A stretch of DNA of 45,591 nt from Armatimonadota bacterium (GTDB taxonomy: Bacteria; Armatimonadota; Fimbriimonadia; Fimbriimonadales; Fimbriimonadaceae): positions 186,001-231,591 of the forward strand of contig JANNQV010000015.1 of assembly GCA_031400935.1 (NCBI GenBank). The letters are read 5' to 3'. The position numbers were made by a program, and so were the translations under genes. The notes beneath the pieces were generated by a model, which worked only from the letters and a program-made list of their open reading frames with translations, had not been told where the DNA came from and made no database searches. Positions within the stretch are counted from its first letter, which is position 1, and every line of letters starts with the position of its first letter. This document shows, piece after piece, positions 38,283 to 45,591 of the stretch.

Positions 38283-38364
38283 ATCTTGTGCTCCTCGAAT
38301 GTCTCTATGCTATCACAGACGAACATCCATTGCTAACGTTCAGTGACAGGTAATCTTCTAATTA

Positions 38365-38787
38365 GTGGGAATTCTTCGAACTTGGGCACCCTCTGTTGTA
38401 CTTACGATTTTGGTCGGATTTGTTTTTTTTGTGTTGAGGGGCTTTGGTCCCGAAAGTACGCTCCAAGAGTTCCATATGGCAGCCGTGAATGGCGACTTCA
38501 AGACTTTGCAGAGCTTAAGCACGGCAGATTCACCCCAAAGCGCCTTAGTTGAAATCCAAAACCAGGTTCTTGGATTTGCTCAGCGTGGCTATCGCTATGA
38601 AGTACGTTCGATTCAGCCGCAAAATGGTTATGTGATCGCAGTCGTCAATTATGTGGACCCAGCGGGGCAAGCCGTGATTCCAATGCCGTTTGTTCTTGTG
38701 AAACAGTCGGCCCGATGGGTCGTAAATCCGCTGGCATCTTTGAACTTGCTGAGTCAGGTTTCTGGGGCTGCGGGAACTAGACATTGA
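38365..38787 (+). CDS. Hypothetical membrane-anchored protein (NTF2-like C-terminus possible)
   Basis: N-terminal TM, GPE..L..F motif and LVK....W.V ending. Confidence 0.7.
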   Translation: MGILRTWAPSVVLTILVGFVFFVLRGFGPESTLQEFHMAAVNGDFKTLQSLSTADSPQSALVEIQNQVLGFAQRGYRYEVRSIQPQNGYVIAVVNYVDPAGQAVIPMPFVLVKQSARWVVNPLASLNLLSQVSGAAGTRH

Positions 38788-38845
38788 GCCTTCTTTGTTA
38801 ACTGAATTTCATGGGCGAGTCGTTTAAGGCTAAAATGGAGACTGA

Positions 38846-39283
38846 ATGAGCCGATTGTTGAGAATTCATTGGATGGTATATGTGGGTGTAATTGGTGCAT
38901 TGGCAATTGCATACTTGTTATTGTTTAGCCAGGCGGGACCCGAGATGGTGGCCACTCGATTCATGAGTGCACTGGTAGAAGGGAATACAGACAAGCTGAC
39001 TGAATTGTCATATTATCAAGGCGGATCCAAAAAGGAGCTAAAGGACAAATGGGACTTCTCGACGAAAGTCGCTGGAAAATACTATGTATTCGCTTGGAAG
39101 ATCAAATTTTCAAAACTAGCCGATGAGAAGTCAGCTGGCGTTGCAATGGAAGTGATCCGCAATGCGCAAAGCCCTTCATCGTATCCTGAAAACTTTCAAC
39201 TGCCACTCGTGAAACACGAAGGGAATTGGCTTGTGGACGTTCGCTCGATCAGCCGCGAAATGTACCCGGCATTGCCCAATTAG
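38846..39283 (+). CDS. Hypothetical membrane-anchored protein (DUF4878/NTF2-like)
   Basis: N-terminal TM, GPEMVATRFM and LVKHEGNWLVD. Confidence 0.72.
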   Translation: MSRLLRIHWMVYVGVIGALAIAYLLLFSQAGPEMVATRFMSALVEGNTDKLTELSYYQGGSKKELKDKWDFSTKVAGKYYVFAWKIKFSKLADEKSAGVAMEVIRNAQSPSSYPENFQLPLVKHEGNWLVDVRSISREMYPALPN

Positions 39284-39288
39284 GCCTA

Positions 39289-39885
39289 ATGGATACAGGC
39301 GGACGAAGAGACGATATTGGGAAATATCGAGTTGTAGAAAAGGGCGATTCGCTCATCGCGACAAAGCCGAAAAGCACTTCTTGCCTGATCGGATGTCTTG
39401 CTCTATTCGTACTTCCAATACTTTCGTACGGAATTCTATTGGGCTCTGCTCTGCTTGGCAGACTTTCGGAACAAACTGGAATGCTTGCGCTCAGCCTTCT
39501 TGTATTTAGTCTTGCCGTCGTTCTATTTGGCATATTTTTCGGTTACGGAAGAAAGCACATTTTGGAATTTCGGCGAAAAACGGACGAGGTCTTTTTTAAG
39601 GGGAAAAATATTGGCAGGATTTCGGAACTCGTAGAAATCGTAATCGAGTATCGTCAAGTTGCCTTTGGCTATGGATCGCGAAAAGTTGAGCGTGACCAAT
39701 ACCTAGTTGTTTTGGATCCCTTGAGTAGATCTCTTCCCGTCGCGTTTTTTGTTAGGGCCGCTCCAGCCGAGCAAATGGCCCGATTGATATCCAATTTTTC
39801 AGGCGTCCCATTTCGGCATAAAGTCGTGAAAGGGAAATCGGATGACGACGATTTTGATCCCGAAGAATCAGGTTTCAAGACCTAG
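39289..39885 (+). CDS. Hypothetical membrane protein (2 TM)
   Basis: ATG 5 nt after the previous stop; two hydrophobic helices followed by a soluble domain. Confidence 0.65.
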   Translation: MDTGGRRDDIGKYRVVEKGDSLIATKPKSTSCLIGCLALFVLPILSYGILLGSALLGRLSEQTGMLALSLLVFSLAVVLFGIFFGYGRKHILEFRRKTDEVFFKGKNIGRISELVEIVIEYRQVAFGYGSRKVERDQYLVVLDPLSRSLPVAFFVRAAPAEQMARLISNFSGVPFRHKVVKGKSDDDDFDPEESGFKT

Positions 39886-40472
39886 ATTGGGAACGACTCT
39901 CGAAACATCTTCTCTAGCAATTCAATTGGAAGCCCAATTACGTTTGTTCGAGAACCGACAATGGATTCGATGAACGATCCGCCGACGGCCTGAACAGCGT
40001 AGGCCCCAGCTTTGTCCATCGGCTCGCCAGTCGAAACGTATTCAGCGATTTCGGTTTCACTGACCTTTCGAAACCTGACTGTTGAAGCATCATGATTGAC
40101 AACTTCGCCCTCCGGCCAAAGTATCGCAATTCCGGTAATCACCAGGTGCGACCTACCCGAAAGCAGGTTCAACATTCTCCTCGCATCTTGAGCGTCTGCG
40201 GGCTTTGACAGTTGATCAACTGTCCCGTCCTTGTTTGGAAGTGCGACCACAGTATCTCCGCCGATAATCAGCTTTTTTGGAAATTCTTCTTGAACGTGCT
40301 TTGCCTTGACATGAGCTAGTTTTTCAGCCGTTGCAAATGGGTCAGAAACTGTTAAGGCATCTTCATCTATTCCAGCCACGCAAATCTCAAAGTCACGAAT
40401 CAACGTGCGTAGCAGTTCTTGACGCCGGGGAGAGGCACTCGCAAGAACAACCGGAAATGGCAATTCGATCAC
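39882..40472 (-). CDS. maf: Maf family nucleoside triphosphate pyrophosphatase
   Basis: VLASASPRRQELL, GGDTVV, KP, LSGRSH, DKAGAY and NVIGLP; GTG start 6 nt after TACCGT. Confidence 0.93.
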   Translation of the reverse strand: MIELPFPVVLASASPRRQELLRTLIRDFEICVAGIDEDALTVSDPFATAEKLAHVKAKHVQEEFPKKLIIGGDTVVALPNKDGTVDQLSKPADAQDARRMLNLLSGRSHLVITGIAILWPEGEVVNHDASTVRFRKVSETEIAEYVSTGEPMDKAGAYAVQAVGGSFIESIVGSRTNVIGLPIELLEKMFRESFPI

Positions 40473-40587
40473 TAGGTAACGGTACCGAAACCAGGCAAGA
40501 ACTTTCTGTAAAAAAATGGCGTTATCAAAGTTAGGCCTCAACGGCGAGACCTGAAATTTGCTCAACGATTCTGCATGGAGGTGCAAC

Positions 40588-41688
40588 ATGAACCGTTCAG
40601 GAATCAGTTTATCGACAAGGATAATGATTGCGATTGCAGTACTGCCGATTCTCCTTGGTTGTTTTAGTCTAGAGTTTTCGCCTGATGGCAGAAGGCTCCT
40701 CTTTATGTGGATTGACTCTTCCTCGCCTAGTAAAACGACCGTAGCTACGTCAAATTCCGATGGCTCAGGAATGAGAATCATTCCAAACTCGAAAGATTCG
40801 GCTTTCGGCCACTTTTCGCCGGATGGCAATCGAATTTCATATGCAACCGATAAGGGTTTGTGGCTGTTTGACTGCGAAACGGGAGTTTCGAAGATGGTCT
40901 TTAAGGGCAGTGCGGGGCAATCGGTTTGGACATCGAATACTGAGATCGCTTTCCTGGTTGAACATGGCGATGGCGAAAACAAAATTGTCAACATCAAGTG
41001 GCTCAACCTCAATCTGGGAACGATACGCCAAGAAACAACAGTTTTCAAAGACGCGGCAAGCCTAGTTCCTGATTTATCTGGGCTCGGAACGAACCTTGTT
41101 CCAATTCCGAGGACTGATGGCGTTTTGTCTTTGATTGCGGGGAGTCTCGTTTTGGCGGAATTTGGCATAGCAGAAAGTATCACGACTACTGGCGATGTCG
41201 TGGGCTTTGCTTTAGACAAGGACGGGAATCGAGTTGTCTTCGCCCGCCGAAGCAACAATGCCCAATACATTTTGCTCTCGCTATACGAATACGATCTTCA
41301 ATTAAGATCTGTGAAGAAGTTGCCGTTTCCGAATCGGGTGCCAAATGTGAATCCCGTTCCTCGCCAAGGACCGAAGGAAGTGGTGATGGTCAAGTTTTCT
41401 GTCGATTTGCAGCACATGCTTGTTTTCACATTGAGAGATCAGATATCCATAAAGACAGCAGGGATATTCGACGGACTCTATTGGGTTGACATTGCAGGCA
41501 GCCAAGGAATGAAGTTGGTGAGCGTTGATCCGTCAAATAACGGCCAGGGAGTAATGGCTGCGATTTCGCCAGACTCTAAAACAGTTGCAGCACTCTACCT
41601 AACAAAAAACTCAATCACTCTAGCAAGCTATCCCGTGGATGGCGGTCAGAAGCGCATTCTGCAACGGTCAACTACGTCGAAGAAGTAG
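40588..41688 (+). CDS. TolB/PD40-like beta-propeller protein, probable lipoprotein
   Basis: GGAGG SD; LLG|C; repeated FSPDG and SPDS units. Confidence 0.8.
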   Translation: MNRSGISLSTRIMIAIAVLPILLGCFSLEFSPDGRRLLFMWIDSSSPSKTTVATSNSDGSGMRIIPNSKDSAFGHFSPDGNRISYATDKGLWLFDCETGVSKMVFKGSAGQSVWTSNTEIAFLVEHGDGENKIVNIKWLNLNLGTIRQETTVFKDAASLVPDLSGLGTNLVPIPRTDGVLSLIAGSLVLAEFGIAESITTTGDVVGFALDKDGNRVVFARRSNNAQYILLSLYEYDLQLRSVKKLPFPNRVPNVNPVPRQGPKEVVMVKFSVDLQHMLVFTLRDQISIKTAGIFDGLYWVDIAGSQGMKLVSVDPSNNGQGVMAAISPDSKTVAALYLTKNSITLASYPVDGGQKRILQRSTTSKK

Positions 41689-41721
41689 TGTGCCTGTAAT
41701 CGTATCTAAACACTTTTAGGT

Positions 41722-41933
41722 CAGCGCAGAGGTCGCGGAACTAACTTTGCATCCTTTGCGCCTTTGCGAAAGATTCCAAGCTTGCGTTTTTTACGCGGAG
41801 GACGCGGAATTACGCAAACTCAACGTTTCGAGACTTTGCCGACGACGCGTGAGATTTCAATCAATCATGTTTCACGCCAAGACGCAAAGGACGCAAAGAC
41901 CAATCCACGCGTTTCCAATGCTATCGCGTGAGA
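41722..41933. repeat. Degenerate CGCAAAG/CTTTGCG repeat elements
   Basis: CACGCCAAGACGCAAAGGACGCAAAG, TACGCGGAGGACGCGGA, CTTTGCATCCTTTGCGCCTTTGCG and CGCGTGAGA x2. Confidence 0.55.
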
Positions 41934-42054
41934 TTCCTTGAGGGTTTGGCTCAAGTAGCGAACGAAGAAACCTGAGAACAAAGGCAACGGTTTCCCCGAA
42001 TACGATAAACTCTCCGGAGCGGTTTCCCCCCAATCTGCAACGAGGCTGATATTT

Positions 42055-43164
42055 TTGAGAGTTCCTTTTTACGATATTCGAGCGCAATACGACCAACTGA
42101 AAGAAACGATGGACAGTGCCGTCCACGAGGTGCTTTCGACCGGTGCCTATGTGATGGGCAAGTATCACAACCGGTTCGAGGCTGAGCTTTCTCAAACTCA
42201 TGGCTGCAAGCATGGAATCGCAGTGAATTCCGGAACTGATGCTCTTCGGATTTTGCTCGATGCAAACGGCATTGGGGCTGGCGATGAAGTTATCACTTCT
42301 GCGTTTACATTTGTAGCGAGCGTTGAGGTTATCCAGCAAACCGGTGCGCAATCGGTTTTTGTGGACATTGATGAAGACACATTTATGATTGATGTGAGCA
42401 AGATTGAAACTGCGATCACGGCAAAGACCAAGGCGATCATGCCGATTCATCTTTTCGGCCAGCTTTGCGAAATTCGCAAAATTCAAGAAATCTGCAAGCG
42501 CTTCAACTTAATCCTGATTGAAGATGCCGCCCAAGGCGTATACAGCCACCATGAAGGCGATTACGCTGGTGTTTTTGGGGCTGGAGCAGGTTTTAGCTTT
42601 TATGTAACCAAGAATTTAGGCGCCGCTGGCGACGGCGGCATGATCGTTACCAACGATGACAAAGTTGCCGAAACTTGCAAATCAATGCGGATTCATGGTA
42701 TGGGGCGCGAGCGATACTACTACGATCATTTGGGATACACAAGCCGACTCGCGGAAATTCAGGCCGCCGTTCTGCACACCAAATTGCAGGTGCTCGAAAA
42801 GTGGAATGAGCGGCGAACTGAACTTGCAAAAATCTACTTTGAAGTCTTACAAGGAGTCACGGGAATTCACCTTCCCAAAACCCTTCCTGGCAACAACCAT
42901 ACTTGGCATCAGTTCACGATTCGGGCTGAAAAGCGCGACGAATTGCAAACTTATTTGAAGTCAAAGGAAATTGATTCGATGATTTACTATCCGGTTCCGC
43001 TGCACTTCCATTCGCCGTACAAGCACTTGGCGAATGGGGTCGGGTCGCTTCCAGTGACTGAACGTGTTTCAAACGAATGCCTTTCGCTGCCAATCCATCA
43101 GCATTTGTCAGATGAGCAGGTGCGATGGGCGGCGGAATGCATCCTTGGGAGTGCGCGGGCTTGA
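42055..43164 (+). CDS. DegT/DnrJ/EryC1/StrS family PLP aminotransferase
   Basis: NSGTDAL, GDEVIT, EDAAQ and SFYVTKNLGAAGDGG. Confidence 0.95.
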   Translation: MRVPFYDIRAQYDQLKETMDSAVHEVLSTGAYVMGKYHNRFEAELSQTHGCKHGIAVNSGTDALRILLDANGIGAGDEVITSAFTFVASVEVIQQTGAQSVFVDIDEDTFMIDVSKIETAITAKTKAIMPIHLFGQLCEIRKIQEICKRFNLILIEDAAQGVYSHHEGDYAGVFGAGAGFSFYVTKNLGAAGDGGMIVTNDDKVAETCKSMRIHGMGRERYYYDHLGYTSRLAEIQAAVLHTKLQVLEKWNERRTELAKIYFEVLQGVTGIHLPKTLPGNNHTWHQFTIRAEKRDELQTYLKSKEIDSMIYYPVPLHFHSPYKHLANGVGSLPVTERVSNECLSLPIHQHLSDEQVRWAAECILGSARA

Positions 43165-43173
43165 CCGCGCTTT
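43145..43173 (+). repeat. REP copy 1 (GGAG-headed palindrome)
   Basis: TTGGGAGTGCGCGGGCTTGACCGCGCTTT. Confidence 0.88.
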
Positions 43174-43226
43174 AGCCTCGCTTTCAAGAATGCTTTTGAA
43201 CCTAGATTCTTACCTGATTGATCGTA

Positions 43227-43255
43227 AAAGCGCGGTCAAGCCCGCGCACTTCCAA
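43227..43255 (-). repeat. REP copy 2 (inverted; forms a REP doublet with copy 1)
   Basis: AAAGCGCGGTCAAGCCCGCGCACTTCCAA, one mismatch to the reverse complement of copy 1. Confidence 0.88.
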
Positions 43256-43258
43256 AGA

Positions 43259-43789
43259 CTAGAAGTCATCAAACACATTTACTTTTTCGGTTTTGAAGGA
43301 AAGCACCGACTCGACAAATGGACGGTCGCCTCTGTTTAAGAACCAAGCCGCTGAACAGTATCTATACGACTCTGGCTCTGTTACCAATCCATGTTTTACA
43401 GGATTGGTATGAACGTAGGCAATTCGGGCCATAAGAGATTTCTCGAAAGTTAATCTTGTATCCCAGCTCCGATACCAAATGTTTCGACCAACCTGCTGAT
43501 CCAACTTGTTCAAATCTCTGGCGGATAATGTATGCACTTTGCCCGTCAAGCGCCTTACTGCGTTTGGAATACCGGGGCTAATACCAACAAAATGGTAATG
43601 GTTTGAGAAAACTGCCCAAGCAAACGGGGTCCAATTTTCCTCTTCGATCGCCAAAAGCAAGCGATCATGAAGTAGTTCTAACCGGACGTCATCACAAAAC
43701 ATGTGCTCTTTGTGATACGTCCCGCCCGTAATAATGTAAGTACCAGGAGCTGTTACGTTCTTTGAAGGAGCATGGGGCCATGATCTCAT
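43259..43789 (-). mobile_element. REP-associated tyrosine transposase (RAYT, Y1_Tnp/IS200-like HUH)
   Basis: WPHAP, YIITGGT, HUH motif NHYHF, catalytic Tyr in AYVHTNPVKHG and YRYCSA; flanked by REPs; ATG 6 nt after TATAAT. Confidence 0.9.
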
Positions 43790-43811
43790 TCTCACATTAT
43801 AGAGAACTTGA

Positions 43812-43840
43812 AAAGCGCGGTCAAGCCCGCGCACTCCCAA
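43812..43840 (-). repeat. REP copy 3
   Basis: AAAGCGCGGTCAAGCCCGCGCACTCCCAA, exact reverse complement of copy 1. Confidence 0.88.
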
Positions 43841-43884
43841 ATAGTCATCCGTCACTTTACAATTGAGGCTAGAATTCAAATTGT

Positions 43885-44625
43885 ATGCAATTAAAGGAAA
43901 TCTGGCGAGGCACCCTTCTAAACACGTCCACTGTCCTAGTGGGCTCAACTCTCGGCCTCTTAATCGGCAGCAGTCTTTCTGCCGAACTCCAGTCCATCGT
44001 ACTCTCTGGCCTTGGACTCATCACCATCTGCATGGGGATTAAGCTATTTCTAGGCTCGAAGAACATTTTGATCGTCGCCGCCGCGCTTTTGATCGGCGGA
44101 ATCATTGGCACGCTTTTGCACTTAGAAGGCGGAATTGATGCCTTCGGAGATTGGGCGAAGCAGGCGTTTGGCGGGCAAGGGTCCGCCACGTTTACCGAAG
44201 GCGTGGTTACTGCTTCGATTCTCTTTTGCGTTGGGCCGATGACTTTGATGGGATGCCTTCAAGAGGCGATCGAGGGCAAGATCGAACTCATTGCAATCAA
44301 GTCCACATTGGACGGATTTGCCGCCTTGTTTCTTACCGTTGCGCTTGGCCCCGGCGTACTTGTATCCGCAGGCGTGGTCTTGATTGTTCAAGGCACCCTG
44401 ACCTTGCTCGGCTCACGGCTAAAGCGATTTGCGGAGAATGAGTCGCTCATGGCCGAAGCAAGCGCGGTTGGCGGACCCATTCTCTTGGCAATTGGGCTTG
44501 GGCTGTTAGAAATCAAGAAGATTCCAACTGCAAACTACCTGCCCGCACTGGCTCTGGCTCCATGTTTTGTTTGGCTCTTCCAGGTCGTGAAAAGTAACAC
44601 AAATACAAAGATTTTGAAGCCATAG
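43885..44625 (+). CDS. DUF554 family membrane protein
   Basis: GTLLNT..V..GS.LG, EG.VTAS.LFCVGPM..G and KSTLDGF. Confidence 0.9.
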   Translation: MQLKEIWRGTLLNTSTVLVGSTLGLLIGSSLSAELQSIVLSGLGLITICMGIKLFLGSKNILIVAAALLIGGIIGTLLHLEGGIDAFGDWAKQAFGGQGSATFTEGVVTASILFCVGPMTLMGCLQEAIEGKIELIAIKSTLDGFAALFLTVALGPGVLVSAGVVLIVQGTLTLLGSRLKRFAENESLMAEASAVGGPILLAIGLGLLEIKKIPTANYLPALALAPCFVWLFQVVKSNTNTKILKP

Positions 44626-44760
44626 CCGTACCTGAATACTTTTTCAGCTAGTAAATGCACTAGCTTTTCGCAAATGGGCTTGGAATATGAATCAAGTTCA
44701 TGTATCCTATTCAATAACCCCAACTGAATTTGGTTTCTAAAGGGTTGAAGGAGACTAGTT

Positions 44761-45483
44761 ATGAAATTTAGATTTTTTGCATCGGCTGGTGCGGTAGCAC
44801 TGGCAGCGGCTTCGCAGGCTGTCCTTGTTATGGACCAGCTCGGCCCCAATTTCACTTTTACCGATGCCCCACAGGTCGGTCGCGCATCCCAAGACTTCGA
44901 AGCGGCCAACAATGCGTTCGACGTTGCGATGATTGATGACTTCAATGTTTCGGCAAGCACTTTGCAGCTGAATCAAGTCCAGGTTGCAATTGGTTTATTC
45001 GGTGGCGTAACACCACTGCACTCGAACATCACAGCATATCGAGTCGAAATCTATACAAGCGTCGCAGCAGCTGCGGCAAATCTCGTAGGCAACGCCGGTA
45101 GCCAAACCGTTGCATCAGGTGGAGTCACAACTGACCTCACCGGCTATACGCTGAATGCTGCTCAGCCACGTGCACGAGTCACAATTCCAATTAACATCGT
45201 ATTGGGTGGTGCAGGCACTTATTGGATCGGCGTTATTCCCGTATTCAATTTTGGCGGCGGCGCTGGTTTCGGGCAATCAGGCGTTATTGATTCCTCATTC
45301 GCAGGTTCACCTGGGGGTCTCAATAATTTTCAGGTCAATCCAGCTGGCGGGTTCGCGATTCCTGGCGGGGCAAACCGTCTGAACAACTCTGGATATCAGA
45401 TCAATGCTGTTCCAGAGCCTGCTTCGATGGCAGCTCTTGGATTAGGCGCTCTTGCTTTGATCCGACGACGACGAAGCAAATAG
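44761..45483 (+). CDS. PEP-CTERM sorting domain protein
   Basis: Signal peptide; C-terminal VPEPASMAALGLGALALIRRRRSK; GAGGAG SD. Confidence 0.93.
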   Translation: MKFRFFASAGAVALAAASQAVLVMDQLGPNFTFTDAPQVGRASQDFEAANNAFDVAMIDDFNVSASTLQLNQVQVAIGLFGGVTPLHSNITAYRVEIYTSVAAAAANLVGNAGSQTVASGGVTTDLTGYTLNAAQPRARVTIPINIVLGGAGTYWIGVIPVFNFGGGAGFGQSGVIDSSFAGSPGGLNNFQVNPAGGFAIPGGANRLNNSGYQINAVPEPASMAALGLGALALIRRRRSK

Positions 45484-45546
45484 TCTTTTCTCAGGAAAAG
45501 GACATGATGGAAAATGGACAAGGGAGAAATCCCTTGTTCGTTTTTT

Positions 45547-45591
45547 TGTTGTGGGCTGTTGGTTGTTGGTTATTAGTTGTTGGTTGTTGGT
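45547..45591 (+). repeat. Heptamer array (TTGTTGG-type) running off the window end
   Basis: CTGTTGG TTGTTGG TTATTAG TTGTTGG TTGTTGG T. Confidence 0.7.

Noticed and set aside
40473..41270. Apparent 266-aa N-terminal extension of Maf (462-aa ORF)
   Set aside because: It is mostly antisense to the beta-propeller gene; Maf homology starts at VIELPFPVVLASAS.
41872..42486. 204-aa minus-strand ORF
   Set aside because: Antisense to DegT, with no family features.
43790..43948. Longer N-terminus for the RAYT (229-aa ORF)
   Set aside because: It runs through REP copy 3 and into the divergent DUF554 gene; ATG 43789 after TATAAT-N6 is a better start.
44701..44727. Third copy of the ECF motif before the PEP-CTERM gene (TGTATCC)
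   Set aside because: Mismatch in the heptamer and no CTC at the 17-nt spacing.

Overview
A 45.6-kb, gene-dense bacterial chromosomal segment. It most likely comes from an Armatimonadota (Fimbriimonadaceae-like) diderm; this is inferred from a prepilin-type N-methylation protein, a PEP-CTERM protein, Kdo transferase together with cdaA/cdaR, and a 4-domain S1. Most of the window is housekeeping: ribBA, purA, a MacAB-TolC-type exporter, pheA, cdaA-cdaR, metK, purC-waaA-purE, PfkB kinase, ArnT-like GT, comEA, Ppx/GppA, xylB, rpsA, DUF1501, Maf, DegT and DUF554. The most interesting locus is at 15.4-20.9 kb, where an ECF sigma factor, a soluble putative anti-sigma, a catalytically intact TPR-CHAT protease and a secreted S8 protease lie divergent from a small secreted protein. 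The same TGTATCA-N17-CTC motif precedes both the secreted-protein gene and the anti-sigma/CHAT/S8 genes, suggesting a CRISPR-independent, protease-gated sigma circuit. Other notable signals are (1) an AT-richer left-end cluster with a (GCAGA)14 microsatellite inside a coupled short ORF, a CxxC protein, a prepilin-like protein and an 8-Cys secreted peptide; (2) a RAYT transposase with three GGAG-headed REPs, one of which supplies the DegT stop codon; (3) heptamer/11-mer tandem arrays in inverted pairs, one of them in frame within purC; (4) widespread TANNNT-N6/7-start leaderless-type promoters; and (5) an attenuator-like leader before purA. No rRNA, tRNA or CRISPR array was seen.
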